Translations under genes and position numbers: made by a program | DNA from: a virus | Taxonomy: Duplodnaviria > Caudoviricetes | Direction: 5' to 3' (one strand) | DNA: 64,000 nucleotides | IMG/VR virus record: IMGVR_UViG_3300035507_000332 | Shown here: positions 1 through 8,444 of the stretch, in pieces | Numbering within the stretch: the stretch's first letter is position 1 | Layout: each line of letters starts with the position of its first letter | The notes under the pieces: model-generated | What the model was told of the DNA's origin: nothing | The model's database searches: none | The model's input: the letters and a program-made list of their open reading frames with translations, nothing else

Positions 1-7
1 TTGGTCG

Positions 8-1387
8 TTGAACAATTTTATAGCGATATTGTTTTACCACCCAAGTTCGTTTGTACAATCATTCCTAGAGAAGAACAACATATCAACGGACGACTTCCCA
101 GATGGGAGCGACAACGTGAATGTTTTTCCAGGAAGGCATAAGCCCAAACAAGCGGCCGATGCGGTGACGGATTTTGTCATGGACTACATCCGATGCGGAT
201 ATCCGATAGATTACGTCACCGAAGACCATTTCATTCTTTATGCGCTCAAGGAGAACAAGGCGTTCAGAAAGTACTTTTCTCAATTCATAGAGGTCGATGG
301 GTTCGTCAGTTACTTAGAGTCAGTATCCAAGATTTACGAAGGTGACATCCAAGCAATCACCGACGTCTCCGTCTTCGATGCTATCAATACCGATGGCGAG
401 GACGACGATGATGATTTTGACGAACTCCCCGACGCTCTAAGAGAATATCTATCAAGGCAAAAGGCGCAATCAATGGAAGATCCACTCAACAAGGAAATCA
501 CGGATGAAGACGTATTAGGGTTCTTTACCGACGTCACGGAAGAAGTCTCCGAAATGGACGTATCACCTGCGATTTGCCGAGAACGAGAGATCGACGATTT
601 GATTCACATCCTCAACAAGCGTACCAAGCCAAACTGCATTCTCACAGGCGATGCAGGGGTCGGCAAAACAGCAGTGGTCGAAGGATTGGCTTATAACATC
701 CAAAAGAACATTGGCAATTTAGGACGCCTAAAGGGGTGCAAAATCTTCTCATTGGACATCTGCAAGCTCATGGCAGGTACAGCTTACCGTGGGCAAGCAG
801 AAGAGCGTATGAACAAAGTCATGGAGTACTTCGCCAAAAACGAAAACGTGGTACTCTTTATCGACGAAATTCACATGATTGTAGGCGCAGGTGGCAAGTC
901 ATCCGACGACTCCTGCGATTTAGCAAACGCTCTCAAGCCACACCTCTCACGAGGGAAAATCATTTGCATTGGCGCAACGACTCAACAAGAATACGAACGC
1001 CACATTAAAAAAGACTCTGCGCTAGAACGACGATTCTCCGTCTTGGAAGTCAAAGAGCCAACAGCCGAGCAACTCAACAAAATTATGGATGCCCTCAAAG
1101 TTAAGTTCGAGGCATTCCATGGCGTCGAGTTCGACAAAGACACGCTCGATAACGTCATTTACGTCTGCAAGGAATTGATGCCTAACAGAAAGTTCCCCGA
1201 TAAATCGATCGACGTACTTGACTCTTACGGCTCATACCTTAAGATTAAGGAAGTCAAGCCTTCCAAGGAGAATTTCCTAGACTTCATTGTCTCAAAGGTA
1301 GTTCCACCAGACAACAGCTCAATGGTTGGTTTTGGCGTCAACAGATCCGCTAAAGTTTTAGACCTCATCAAGGACAAGATAAAATGA
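8..1387 (+). CDS. ClpA/ClpB-like AAA+ ATPase, single (D1) nucleotide-binding domain; true start may lie upstream of the window
   Basis: Walker A GDAGVGKT, Walker B VLFIDEIH, AGTAYRGQAEER pore loop, DSALERRF, FPDKSIDVLD; frame is open to the window edge. Confidence 0.9.
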   Translation: MNNFIAILFYHPSSFVQSFLEKNNISTDDFPDGSDNVNVFPGRHKPKQAADAVTDFVMDYIRCGYPIDYVTEDHFILYALKENKAFRKYFSQFIEVDGFVSYLESVSKIYEGDIQAITDVSVFDAINTDGEDDDDDFDELPDALREYLSRQKAQSMEDPLNKEITDEDVLGFFTDVTEEVSEMDVSPAICREREIDDLIHILNKRTKPNCILTGDAGVGKTAVVEGLAYNIQKNIGNLGRLKGCKIFSLDICKLMAGTAYRGQAEERMNKVMEYFAKNENVVLFIDEIHMIVGAGGKSSDDSCDLANALKPHLSRGKIICIGATTQQEYERHIKKDSALERRFSVLEVKEPTAEQLNKIMDALKVKFEAFHGVEFDKDTLDNVIYVCKELMPNRKFPDKSIDVLDSYGSYLKIKEVKPSKENFLDFIVSKVVPPDNSSMVGFGVNRSAKVLDLIKDKIK

Positions 1388-2523
1388 GTGAAGTCGAAGG
1401 AAATCTATATTTGTGGACCCCACCAGAGATTAGTTCCTCAGAGAAGAACGTAGTCAATGACATCATTGACCAAATCAACGCTGGGTCTATTGTAAAGATT
1501 CAATCTGAAGGCGTAGAAGCTTTAGAGTACCATTGGAATTACGACTCTTACAAAGTCCGCACGAAAGAGGACAACCAAGAGTTTGTGATGAAAATTAGCT
1601 TTGGAGACTCTGCATCATTGTCCAAGGAGTACGACGTCCTAAAGAAGCTTGCTAACACAGGAGCAGTTCCTTACGCAATGGCACTTCATCCAGTAAGATT
1701 CTTTTCAGACGATGGTATTGCCACGCTAACGAAGAAGATTGATGGAGTAGATTTGTTCAATCTTGGAATCCACGAAATGTTCTCTCACGACGAAGCTGTG
1801 GAAGAATTTTTCATGGCACTAGGAAAGATTTATGCGACAGATATTTCTTCATTAAAATTCATTCCTAGAGAGACGACAATCACGAGTTGTGTTGGAAATC
1901 TTAGAGGAACTTTTGGAGAAGAAGCGGCCGAGAAATTCAACAAAATCTTCAACGTAAAAAAGTTTGAAGATAGTTTTGAAGAGTTAAGGCTAGAACTAAC
2001 AGCTAAGGCTTCTCAGTACAACTTGGACTGCATTGTTAATAGCGACCTAAATCCATTTAACATCATGGGGTTTGGTGGTGACGATATCAACGCACCAGGT
2101 GTTTACATCAACAATTGGACAGGGTGCTTTGTAGGGAATCCTCTGTACGACTTTTACAACCTGATTATCGAGAACAGGCTGTTTTCAGAAAAGCCTCGCA
2201 TAGAGAAAATTTTCTTTTCAATGATGAAGAAAATGATTCCTGAAGTAGCGAAGGAGATGGAGGAACTTTCTATCGAGTACCTTAACTACTTCCAGGTGCT
2301 TCAGTTTTGGAGATACGTTGAGGAGTACTTATCCTTGTCAATTGAGACTCTGATAGGCAATAATGTTTCTATACGCTCTATGATGCTCAAGCAGAAGATA
2401 GAGTCTATTAGAAGAGGGATTTTTAAGATCTCACCTAAATTTGAGAAAATGTTCTCTGAATTTTGTATCATCTGCGACAAGATAGGAGAACAAAAACAAA
2501 AGAAAGAAGAGAACGATGATTAA
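1384..2523 (+). CDS. APH/choline-kinase-like phosphotransferase fold, degenerate motifs
   Basis: FVMK..E(KEYDVL), NSDLNPFNI in place of HGDxxxxN, NNW in place of DW, GNPLYD. Confidence 0.55.
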   Translation: MSEVEGNLYLWTPPEISSSEKNVVNDIIDQINAGSIVKIQSEGVEALEYHWNYDSYKVRTKEDNQEFVMKISFGDSASLSKEYDVLKKLANTGAVPYAMALHPVRFFSDDGIATLTKKIDGVDLFNLGIHEMFSHDEAVEEFFMALGKIYATDISSLKFIPRETTITSCVGNLRGTFGEEAAEKFNKIFNVKKFEDSFEELRLELTAKASQYNLDCIVNSDLNPFNIMGFGGDDINAPGVYINNWTGCFVGNPLYDFYNLIIENRLFSEKPRIEKIFFSMMKKMIPEVAKEMEELSIEYLNYFQVLQFWRYVEEYLSLSIETLIGNNVSIRSMMLKQKIESIRRGIFKISPKFEKMFSEFCIICDKIGEQKQKKEENDD

Positions 2524-3094
2524 CATATTCAAGCCAAATGGCTCAAACTCTGGACACGCCGCATTTTTCAAGTACCACCCTACAACGGACATGGTATTCT
2601 TGGAAATGATTAAGCAGTCAAACTGGGATTCCGTCAACAAGAAGGGAAGCTTCAAGCAAGACAGAAAAGACCCTGCAAAATTCATTGCAGTAAAGCTAAG
2701 TATGTTCGAGCTTGGCAGTATCATCAACTGCTTTGAACGACGCACAAATTTCAGTACCGTTCACATGGGAACGAACGGTAGCATCGGAATCAACTTAAGC
2801 GTCAAAGACAAGGTAGACCGCAACACCAACCAACCGATTGGCAAGTTCTTTTCCTTGGGTGTGACACGCTCAAAAGAAATCAAATTCTGGATTTCCATCG
2901 AAGAAAACGAAGCAGTCGTGCTGAGAGAGTTCTTCAAATATGTATTGACTTTGCACGCCAAGAAAGTTATAGAGGACCAACAGAAGATGTTTGAATCTTC
3001 CAGAAATCAACCACAACAGTCCTATGCCCAGGAAGCCTACCCAGAAGCCCAAATCCAAGACCAACAAGGCTGGGGATACAACCCAGGATATTGA
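2516..3094 (+). CDS. putative ssDNA-binding protein (Whirly/PC4-like)
   Basis: beta-rich core with Q/acidic low-complexity tail; adjacent to an annealing-protein-like gene; fold is inferred. Confidence 0.4.
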   Translation: MINIFKPNGSNSGHAAFFKYHPTTDMVFLEMIKQSNWDSVNKKGSFKQDRKDPAKFIAVKLSMFELGSIINCFERRTNFSTVHMGTNGSIGINLSVKDKVDRNTNQPIGKFFSLGVTRSKEIKFWISIEENEAVVLREFFKYVLTLHAKKVIEDQQKMFESSRNQPQQSYAQEAYPEAQIQDQQGWGYNPGY

Positions 3095-3974
3095 GAATTT
3101 TACGCTCGAAGGATTTACAGAAGTTGTCATTGAAACTCCTGAGCCTCAACCAGAAGAAGAGGTCGTTCCAGAAGTTGTAGAAGCAACGGAAGAGCCACAA
3201 CCAGAAGAGGAAACTCCTGAAGAAGAACAGCCTCAAGAAGAGAGCCTCGACGCCTCTTGGTTTGTGAAGAGAGAAAGGGAATTGCCTAATTGGCGTTCCC
3301 TTATCAATGAAAAATTTCTGTACATCAACGAAGGGTTTTACAACAAGCGAGGGATTGCAATCCCTGAAAGTGTAAAAGATGCTGAAGACGATGGAGTCGT
3401 CGTTCGCCTGATCGGTCTAAAAGATTTGGCGACACGCCACGGTTACACGTCTATCAGTTACGAAATTCCCTTTACAGATGAGTCTAACTGCGTTGCGAAA
3501 TGTAGTATTCAGTGGAGTCCTACACCTTATAATAACATGTGTGGAACTACAACCGAGGGAGTCGCTTCCTCAAACAAGGATAATACTCACGGCTTCGCTG
3601 TAAGATTCAAAGAAGCAATTGCATCCAACCGAGCTTTTGCACGTGCGGTGCGAGACTACTTCGGAATTTTCTCCGTCTGTGAAGAAGAATTGGATGAATC
3701 ATCGGTAAAGAAAGAAGCCGAGCAGATTCAATCCAAGAGTAAAACCGCCAAAGAAATTCGAGCAAACAAATCTTTAGAAGCCAACGTTTCAAAGATTCTG
3801 CAGGTAGACACTATCGAGGAGTTTTTGAATTGCTGGGTGAAGCCAAGAATCGAGCAATACGGAATCGACGAGAGCGTTCTCTTCGCTACCTCCTATGAAT
3901 CAATCTCGTCGGATATTTGTAGGAAGCTCAATTCGGTCATCCAGAAGGAAGCTAAAGAGAAAGGAGAGGCGTAA
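2991..3974 (+). CDS. putative single-strand annealing protein (Rad52/Sak/ERF-like) with acidic P/E-rich N-terminus; start may be ATG 3024
   Basis: ASNRAFARAVRDYFGI..EEEL resembles the SSAP C-terminal core motif. Confidence 0.4.
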   Translation: MNLPEINHNSPMPRKPTQKPKSKTNKAGDTTQDIENFTLEGFTEVVIETPEPQPEEEVVPEVVEATEEPQPEEETPEEEQPQEESLDASWFVKRERELPNWRSLINEKFLYINEGFYNKRGIAIPESVKDAEDDGVVVRLIGLKDLATRHGYTSISYEIPFTDESNCVAKCSIQWSPTPYNNMCGTTTEGVASSNKDNTHGFAVRFKEAIASNRAFARAVRDYFGIFSVCEEELDESSVKKEAEQIQSKSKTAKEIRANKSLEANVSKILQVDTIEEFLNCWVKPRIEQYGIDESVLFATSYESISSDICRKLNSVIQKEAKEKGEA

Positions 3975-3989
3975 GCCTCTCCTTTTTTT
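3961..3989. terminator. intrinsic terminator between convergent genes
   Basis: AAGGAGAGGC-GTAA-GCCTCTCCTT followed by a T run. Confidence 0.8.
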
Positions 3990-4242
3990 ATTTGTAATAG
4001 ATGGTTCTTTCTAGTTCTCTGAATTCTTTTTCGGAATACCAGATCTCATCAGTCTGCGGAGTGTACTTCCCCTCCTCCGTCTGAATCGTCACTCCCTGTT
4101 GAAGTTTCAGCAAGGTGGGCTGATAGATATTCAAGTCTTTCATTGAGACTGACGATGCGGTTTCTGAGCAACTTGCAAGTATCAGAGCTAGAGCCAGCAT
4201 CACGCAAGCTTTCAAGCTTCGAGATGAGTTCGTATTTTTCAT
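3988..4242 (-). CDS. lipoprotein, putative o-spanin
   Basis: signal peptide with lipobox LILAS-C; starts inside the 4049-4339 gene in another frame. Confidence 0.55.
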   Translation of the reverse strand: MKNTNSSRSLKACVMLALALILASCSETASSVSMKDLNIYQPTLLKLQQGVTIQTEEGKYTPQTDEIWYSEKEFRELERTIYYK

Positions 4243-4339
4243 TTTCGTAAGCGTCGATTTGCGTGTAGAGCGTTGTTTTGTTTTTAAGTCTAAGGTACTC
4301 TAAAGCAACGAGCAAAAGATTATTCAGCAGTTGAATCAT
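4049..4339 (-). CDS. putative i-spanin
   Basis: short hydrophobic N-terminus then coiled coil; overlaps the lipoprotein gene. Confidence 0.4.
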   Translation of the reverse strand: MIQLLNNLLLVALEYLRLKNKTTLYTQIDAYENEKYELISKLESLRDAGSSSDTCKLLRNRIVSLNERLEYLSAHLAETSTGSDDSDGGGEVHSAD

Positions 4340-4544
4340 CTTTCTTTTCTTCTTGCTTTTCCTTGTAACTCTTGACAGCCTTGTCGATAGCTTCGACAGC
4401 TTGTTGAACTTCGTCTACGATCTCATCATCCTTTGTTGTAGTCGTCTTCTTAACAATGATAGAAGCGATGGCGATAAGAACGAGAGCGATTGGAAGAATA
4501 GTAGCTTCCCAGTTCGTAAGGAAGAAATTGATAACGTTTTCCAT
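4320..4544 (-). CDS. small single-TM membrane protein (holin-like)
   Basis: ATILPIALVLIAIASIIV TM helix, charged tail, upstream of the spanin-like pair. Confidence 0.45.
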   Translation of the reverse strand: MENVINFFLTNWEATILPIALVLIAIASIIVKKTTTTKDDEIVDEVQQAVEAIDKAVKSYKEKQEEKKDDSTAE

Positions 4545-4550
4545 ACTCTC

Positions 4551-5348
4551 TTAATTACAGTAAGGAGAGAGAATGTAGTCGGAATCGACTTCGCACCGTT
4601 CGTGGACTTTACGGAAAAAGAGATATCCGTGATTCCTTAATGCTCTGATGTAAGCGTTGCGGATATGGAAATAAGTTCTAGGCTTCAGGCGTGGGACAAG
4701 ATGCTTGTACTTTTCAGGCGTCTCTACCCAAGTGACGTGAGTGGTAGTCTTTCTCTCATACGGTAGAAGAGCTTCCTTCAAGAATGAAATGTAGTAGTGT
4801 TCGTCAGAGAAGAATACCAACCTACATCTTTTTTCTAGTTCTTGGGCGTTAGAAACGAAGAAATGAGCCGTATCTCTATCCATTATCCACCATTGAGAGG
4901 CGAGGGCGAAATTAGCTTTGCTGAAGCCTTTTACAGTTTTGAAATGAGAGCGCATCCAACGGAATTCTAAGTTCTCACGTGCGTTTTCAATCGAGAAAGC
5001 AGGGAGCTTCATCGATTGTAGGATATCAATTGTTTTTGTGATATTGTAGAGAGGGCAGTGAGATTCGCTTAGGAGAACGAAAATTTTATTGTTCTTATTC
5101 TTAAAAGCTTCTTCTAACAGAGCGTTCGTTGCCTTAACTAGAGACAGCTCACTCCAGTCTGTTTCAAAGTGTTTTTCAATTACCCTATTGTCAATCCAGG
5201 GAATGAAAGATTTTTCTTTTTGGTGGACATAGAGATTCCACCGTTCGTCTGATTCGTCAAAGAATTTTCTCCACAAGTTAGGCTTAGTAAACCCACTCGA
5301 AGTTAGTAGCAAGAAAGCAACGGAATCCATTTTGTCATATCTACACAA
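4551..5348 (-). CDS. GT14 / core-2/I-branching beta-1,6-GlcNAc-transferase-like protein
   Basis: AFLLL..LWRKFF..YVH, TDWSELSLVKATNALL, FVLLSESHCPLYN, SQWW, DEHY, FFRKV motifs of the Branch family. Confidence 0.85.
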   Translation of the reverse strand: MCRYDKMDSVAFLLLTSSGFTKPNLWRKFFDESDERWNLYVHQKEKSFIPWIDNRVIEKHFETDWSELSLVKATNALLEEAFKNKNNKIFVLLSESHCPLYNITKTIDILQSMKLPAFSIENARENLEFRWMRSHFKTVKGFSKANFALASQWWIMDRDTAHFFVSNAQELEKRCRLVFFSDEHYYISFLKEALLPYERKTTTHVTWVETPEKYKHLVPRLKPRTYFHIRNAYIRALRNHGYLFFRKVHERCEVDSDYILSPYCN

Positions 5349-5878
5349 CCGACATCTTTGCCTCCTACCTTAAGGTCGTCAATGCCGAGTCTTTTTAAGA
5401 ATCTTAAGTACAAATTTTGTTGGTCTCTTTTAATGAGATCGAAGACTGCGTATTTCACCCCTAGTTCCCTAGAGGCATAAGCCGCTCCTATACGAGTAAA
5501 TTCTAACGTAGCGAAAGGGTCGTCTTTTGAAAAAAACATATACTCTACGTAAATAGAAGGAGTATCTCTGAAAGAAGTCATTCTAAACGGCATAAACCAA
5601 AATTCTTTATTGCCTAGTTCGTCAACAACATCGACTACAACTGTTTTTGTTCTACCGTCATTTTTGAGAGAAGAATCTATAGGGTCGGTAACAGCTGTAA
5701 TTTTTTGCCGAAGAGAAAGGTTCTGGAGGCTTAATTCCATTTTTGAAAACCTATCTATTACAATGGCTTTCATCTTTTCTCCTGCGACAGGGTCGTCTAA
5801 GAAATGAATAGAGGTAACATTATATTTCCCTTTCACAGCAAAAGACATTATATACTTTCTAAAAAAAAGCGAGAACAA
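5303..5878 (-). CDS. hypothetical protein
   Basis: 191-aa ORF overlapping the downstream gene. Confidence 0.6.
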   Translation of the reverse strand: MFSLFFRKYIMSFAVKGKYNVTSIHFLDDPVAGEKMKAIVIDRFSKMELSLQNLSLRQKITAVTDPIDSSLKNDGRTKTVVVDVVDELGNKEFWFMPFRMTSFRDTPSIYVEYMFFSKDDPFATLEFTRIGAAYASRELGVKYAVFDLIKRDQQNLYLRFLKRLGIDDLKVGGKDVGCVDMTKWIPLLSCY

Positions 5879-5953
5879 ATTTGCGATTTTGTAGTCTATA
5901 TAGTATCACCACCTAATATATCTTAGCGAGGTGGTCGCCAACAACAACACAAA

Positions 5954-6199
5954 ATGCACAACATGAACAGACTAGAGAAAGAAGCTTGTGACGAAATTTG
6001 GGAAGCCATTCGCTTAATTAGTCAAGCTTATGGACGCCTAGACGATATTGTCGAGAAAGCTGAGGAAGACGGCATTGATTCTTGCGAACTCTTTGTATCT
6101 GTGGAAGATCTAAGAGATGAGATTGGATGCCTCTTTGAAGACTCGATTGCCGAGTTAGAAGAAGACCTTCGAGACGCTTTATACGACGAAAGCTTCTGA
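5954..6199 (+). CDS. acidic hypothetical protein
   Basis: 81-aa ORF followed by a terminator hairpin at about 6209-6244. Confidence 0.65.
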   Translation: MHNMNRLEKEACDEIWEAIRLISQAYGRLDDIVEKAEEDGIDSCELFVSVEDLRDEIGCLFEDSIAELEEDLRDALYDESF

Positions 6200-6292
6200 T
6201 TGTGGACTCACCCTCTAGGAAAATTTCTTAGGGGGTGTTTTTTTCTTGAGTGCCTCTCTGTAAAAAGTGTACCGTGTGTAAGACTATTAGAG

Positions 6293-7453
6293 ATGGCGAT
6301 TCAAAGATATGTACCAGAAACTGTAGGAGACGACCCCTCCGAGTTCCTACAGGGGTATCACGACAATTTTACGGAGTTGATGTCCTTTGAGCCGTCGGCG
6401 ATTATTACTCTGTACACTTTGTCCTACGGAGAAACAACTTATAGATTCTTTCCTGGAAACGTCGAACAGGCAAAAGATGGCAAGCTAACAGGCTTTCCCT
6501 TCTCGAAAGAGCTTATTTACGATGGGGAATATTACTTCCCTATTCCTTGCGAAGACGAAGGATTTGAAGCGAGTATTGGCAACAAATTCCCCAGACCTAA
6601 ATTCCGAATTTCTAACGTCGTCAACAAATTCAGAAATCCCAACGAAGGAGAAGAAGGAACAGGGTATCTTTCCTACCACCGATTTATCTCTACAATCATG
6701 CGCTCCTATAACGACTTGAAGGACGCACGACTTAGAAGAAAGAGAGTCTTTTTGCGATTCCTTGACGGAGAGAATTTTGCAGGAGGAGAAAACCCATTCG
6801 GCATCCCAAACCCATTTGCTCTCATTGAAGACTCTGCGTGGGTTATTTATCAGAAGACGTCAGAAAACAAGTACTATGTAGAGTTCGAGCTTTCCTCTGT
6901 ATTCGACGTAGAAACAGCATACACTCCTGCTAGAAGATTGTCTTGCAAGTTTTGCTCGTTCGATTATCGAGGCGATGGTTGTAGGTACTCTGGATTACCG
7001 ATTTCAGACAAAAACGGAGATTGGTTTCAGTATAAAAATTCTAAATCGAAAACCTACTACGATGTAAAACTAAGAGTTTCTAGCCCTGTTGCTATCCTAG
7101 AATACGATCCGACTTCTTCCTATAAGATCGGAGATTGCTGTTACGTATCATCAGAGAAGACTTATTGCGAGACTCTGACTAATAGCGAGCCAGAATACGT
7201 AATTGATGGAGCAAACACCGATATGGTTGCGCTAAGGACTTACTATGTTTGCATCAAAGCGAACAACGCTTTAAACGTTAGAGAGCCAGGAAAGAACACA
7301 GATTATTGGCTTACTGACTGTTGCGGAAAAACGTTAGACGATTGTAGAAAAAGATTCGGGAACACAGAAGCAGAACTATATTCTGACAAGCAAATCAATT
7401 ACCCCTTGCCTTTTGGTGGATTCCCAGGTATTAACGGAACTAAATACGCATAA
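6293..7453 (+). CDS. lambda gpL-like minor tail tip protein
   Basis: CSFDYRGDGCRYSG, DCCGKTLDDCRKRFG, LPFGGFPG; start reassigned to ATG 6293. Confidence 0.85.
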   Translation: MAIQRYVPETVGDDPSEFLQGYHDNFTELMSFEPSAIITLYTLSYGETTYRFFPGNVEQAKDGKLTGFPFSKELIYDGEYYFPIPCEDEGFEASIGNKFPRPKFRISNVVNKFRNPNEGEEGTGYLSYHRFISTIMRSYNDLKDARLRRKRVFLRFLDGENFAGGENPFGIPNPFALIEDSAWVIYQKTSENKYYVEFELSSVFDVETAYTPARRLSCKFCSFDYRGDGCRYSGLPISDKNGDWFQYKNSKSKTYYDVKLRVSSPVAILEYDPTSSYKIGDCCYVSSEKTYCETLTNSEPEYVIDGANTDMVALRTYYVCIKANNALNVREPGKNTDYWLTDCCGKTLDDCRKRFGNTEAELYSDKQINYPLPFGGFPGINGTKYA

Positions 7454-7872
7454 TGAAGATCTTTAGTTTTTGCGATACGATAGAAGAGGCTTTGGCTGAA
7501 GTAAAAGACTTTTGCAAAGATTTGGCGGTTTTAGAAAGTTGTGGGTTCTTAGGATACTCTCCTAAAGAAAAAGCTTTTGTCATGGCAGGATGCGACAACA
7601 AAAGCGACAAGCCAGAGGAGAGCTTTCTCATCAACCCTTACGACCATATCGAGTTTATCTCGAAGTATAAAATTATTGCTATTTTCCATAGCCACCCTCA
7701 AACAGAAGAGCCTTCAGATAACGACAGAGCAGCTTGTAAAAACAGTTGCTTGCCGTTCTTGATTTACGGCGTTCATTCCGACGATTTTTCCCTTCTTGCT
7801 CCTAAAACTGTAGACAAGAAGTACATTTATCTAAAAGGATTAAAAGAACTAAAAGAACATTTAAGTAAATGA
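7453..7872 (+). CDS. JAB/MPN domain tail assembly protein (lambda gpK-like)
   Basis: ESCGF, FHSHP..PS..D JAMM motif; position after gpL-like gene. Confidence 0.85.
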   Translation: MKIFSFCDTIEEALAEVKDFCKDLAVLESCGFLGYSPKEKAFVMAGCDNKSDKPEESFLINPYDHIEFISKYKIIAIFHSHPQTEEPSDNDRAACKNSCLPFLIYGVHSDDFSLLAPKTVDKKYIYLKGLKELKEHLSK

Positions 7873-8444
7873 TTATTGAGATAGATGGAATGCTTGGCAA
7901 AGAATTTGGGGACCAAGAGACGCATTTTCACGAAGCAAAAGACATTCTAAAAGAGCTTTGCTCTAAACTAAGAGGATTTAAGGAAACTGTAATTACCTTG
8001 TCTGAAAAAGGCATGGACTATATCTTAGTTAAGGATAAAGGGAAATACAAAATTCTACCTATACTTTGTGGTGCAAAGAGTTTCTGGAGTAAATTTTTCA
8101 CAATTCTAGGCGTAGTAGCTTTAGCTGTGAGTGTTGCAGGGATAATTGCTGATACGGCAATTCTTGGCGTTACCTCTGGAACATGGGGGCTTATTGGTGC
8201 GTCTCTCTTGACTATTGGGTCGTTGCTAGCAAAACCAAGTGCGCAAAGCGTTGATACAAGTTCTCCTACCTCTGCAGGTTCTGCGTCAACAAATTTGGGA
8301 GGAGAAAACCCAGATGCTAACGGCACACCTATTCCTATTGGGTATGGGAAGTGCTTAGTTTCTCCTGTGTCTATCTTTCAATGCCTTGATTCTATTAGAG
8401 GTAACGCTGATATTACTTCGCACCTTAACCTTTCTGGTAGATGA
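7869..8444 (+). CDS. lambda gpI-like tail assembly protein
   Basis: GMLGKEFG, hydrophobic segment, GTPIPIGYG; synteny L-K-I-J. Confidence 0.75.
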   Translation: MIIEIDGMLGKEFGDQETHFHEAKDILKELCSKLRGFKETVITLSEKGMDYILVKDKGKYKILPILCGAKSFWSKFFTILGVVALAVSVAGIIADTAILGVTSGTWGLIGASLLTIGSLLAKPSAQSVDTSSPTSAGSASTNLGGENPDANGTPIPIGYGKCLVSPVSIFQCLDSIRGNADITSHLNLSGR

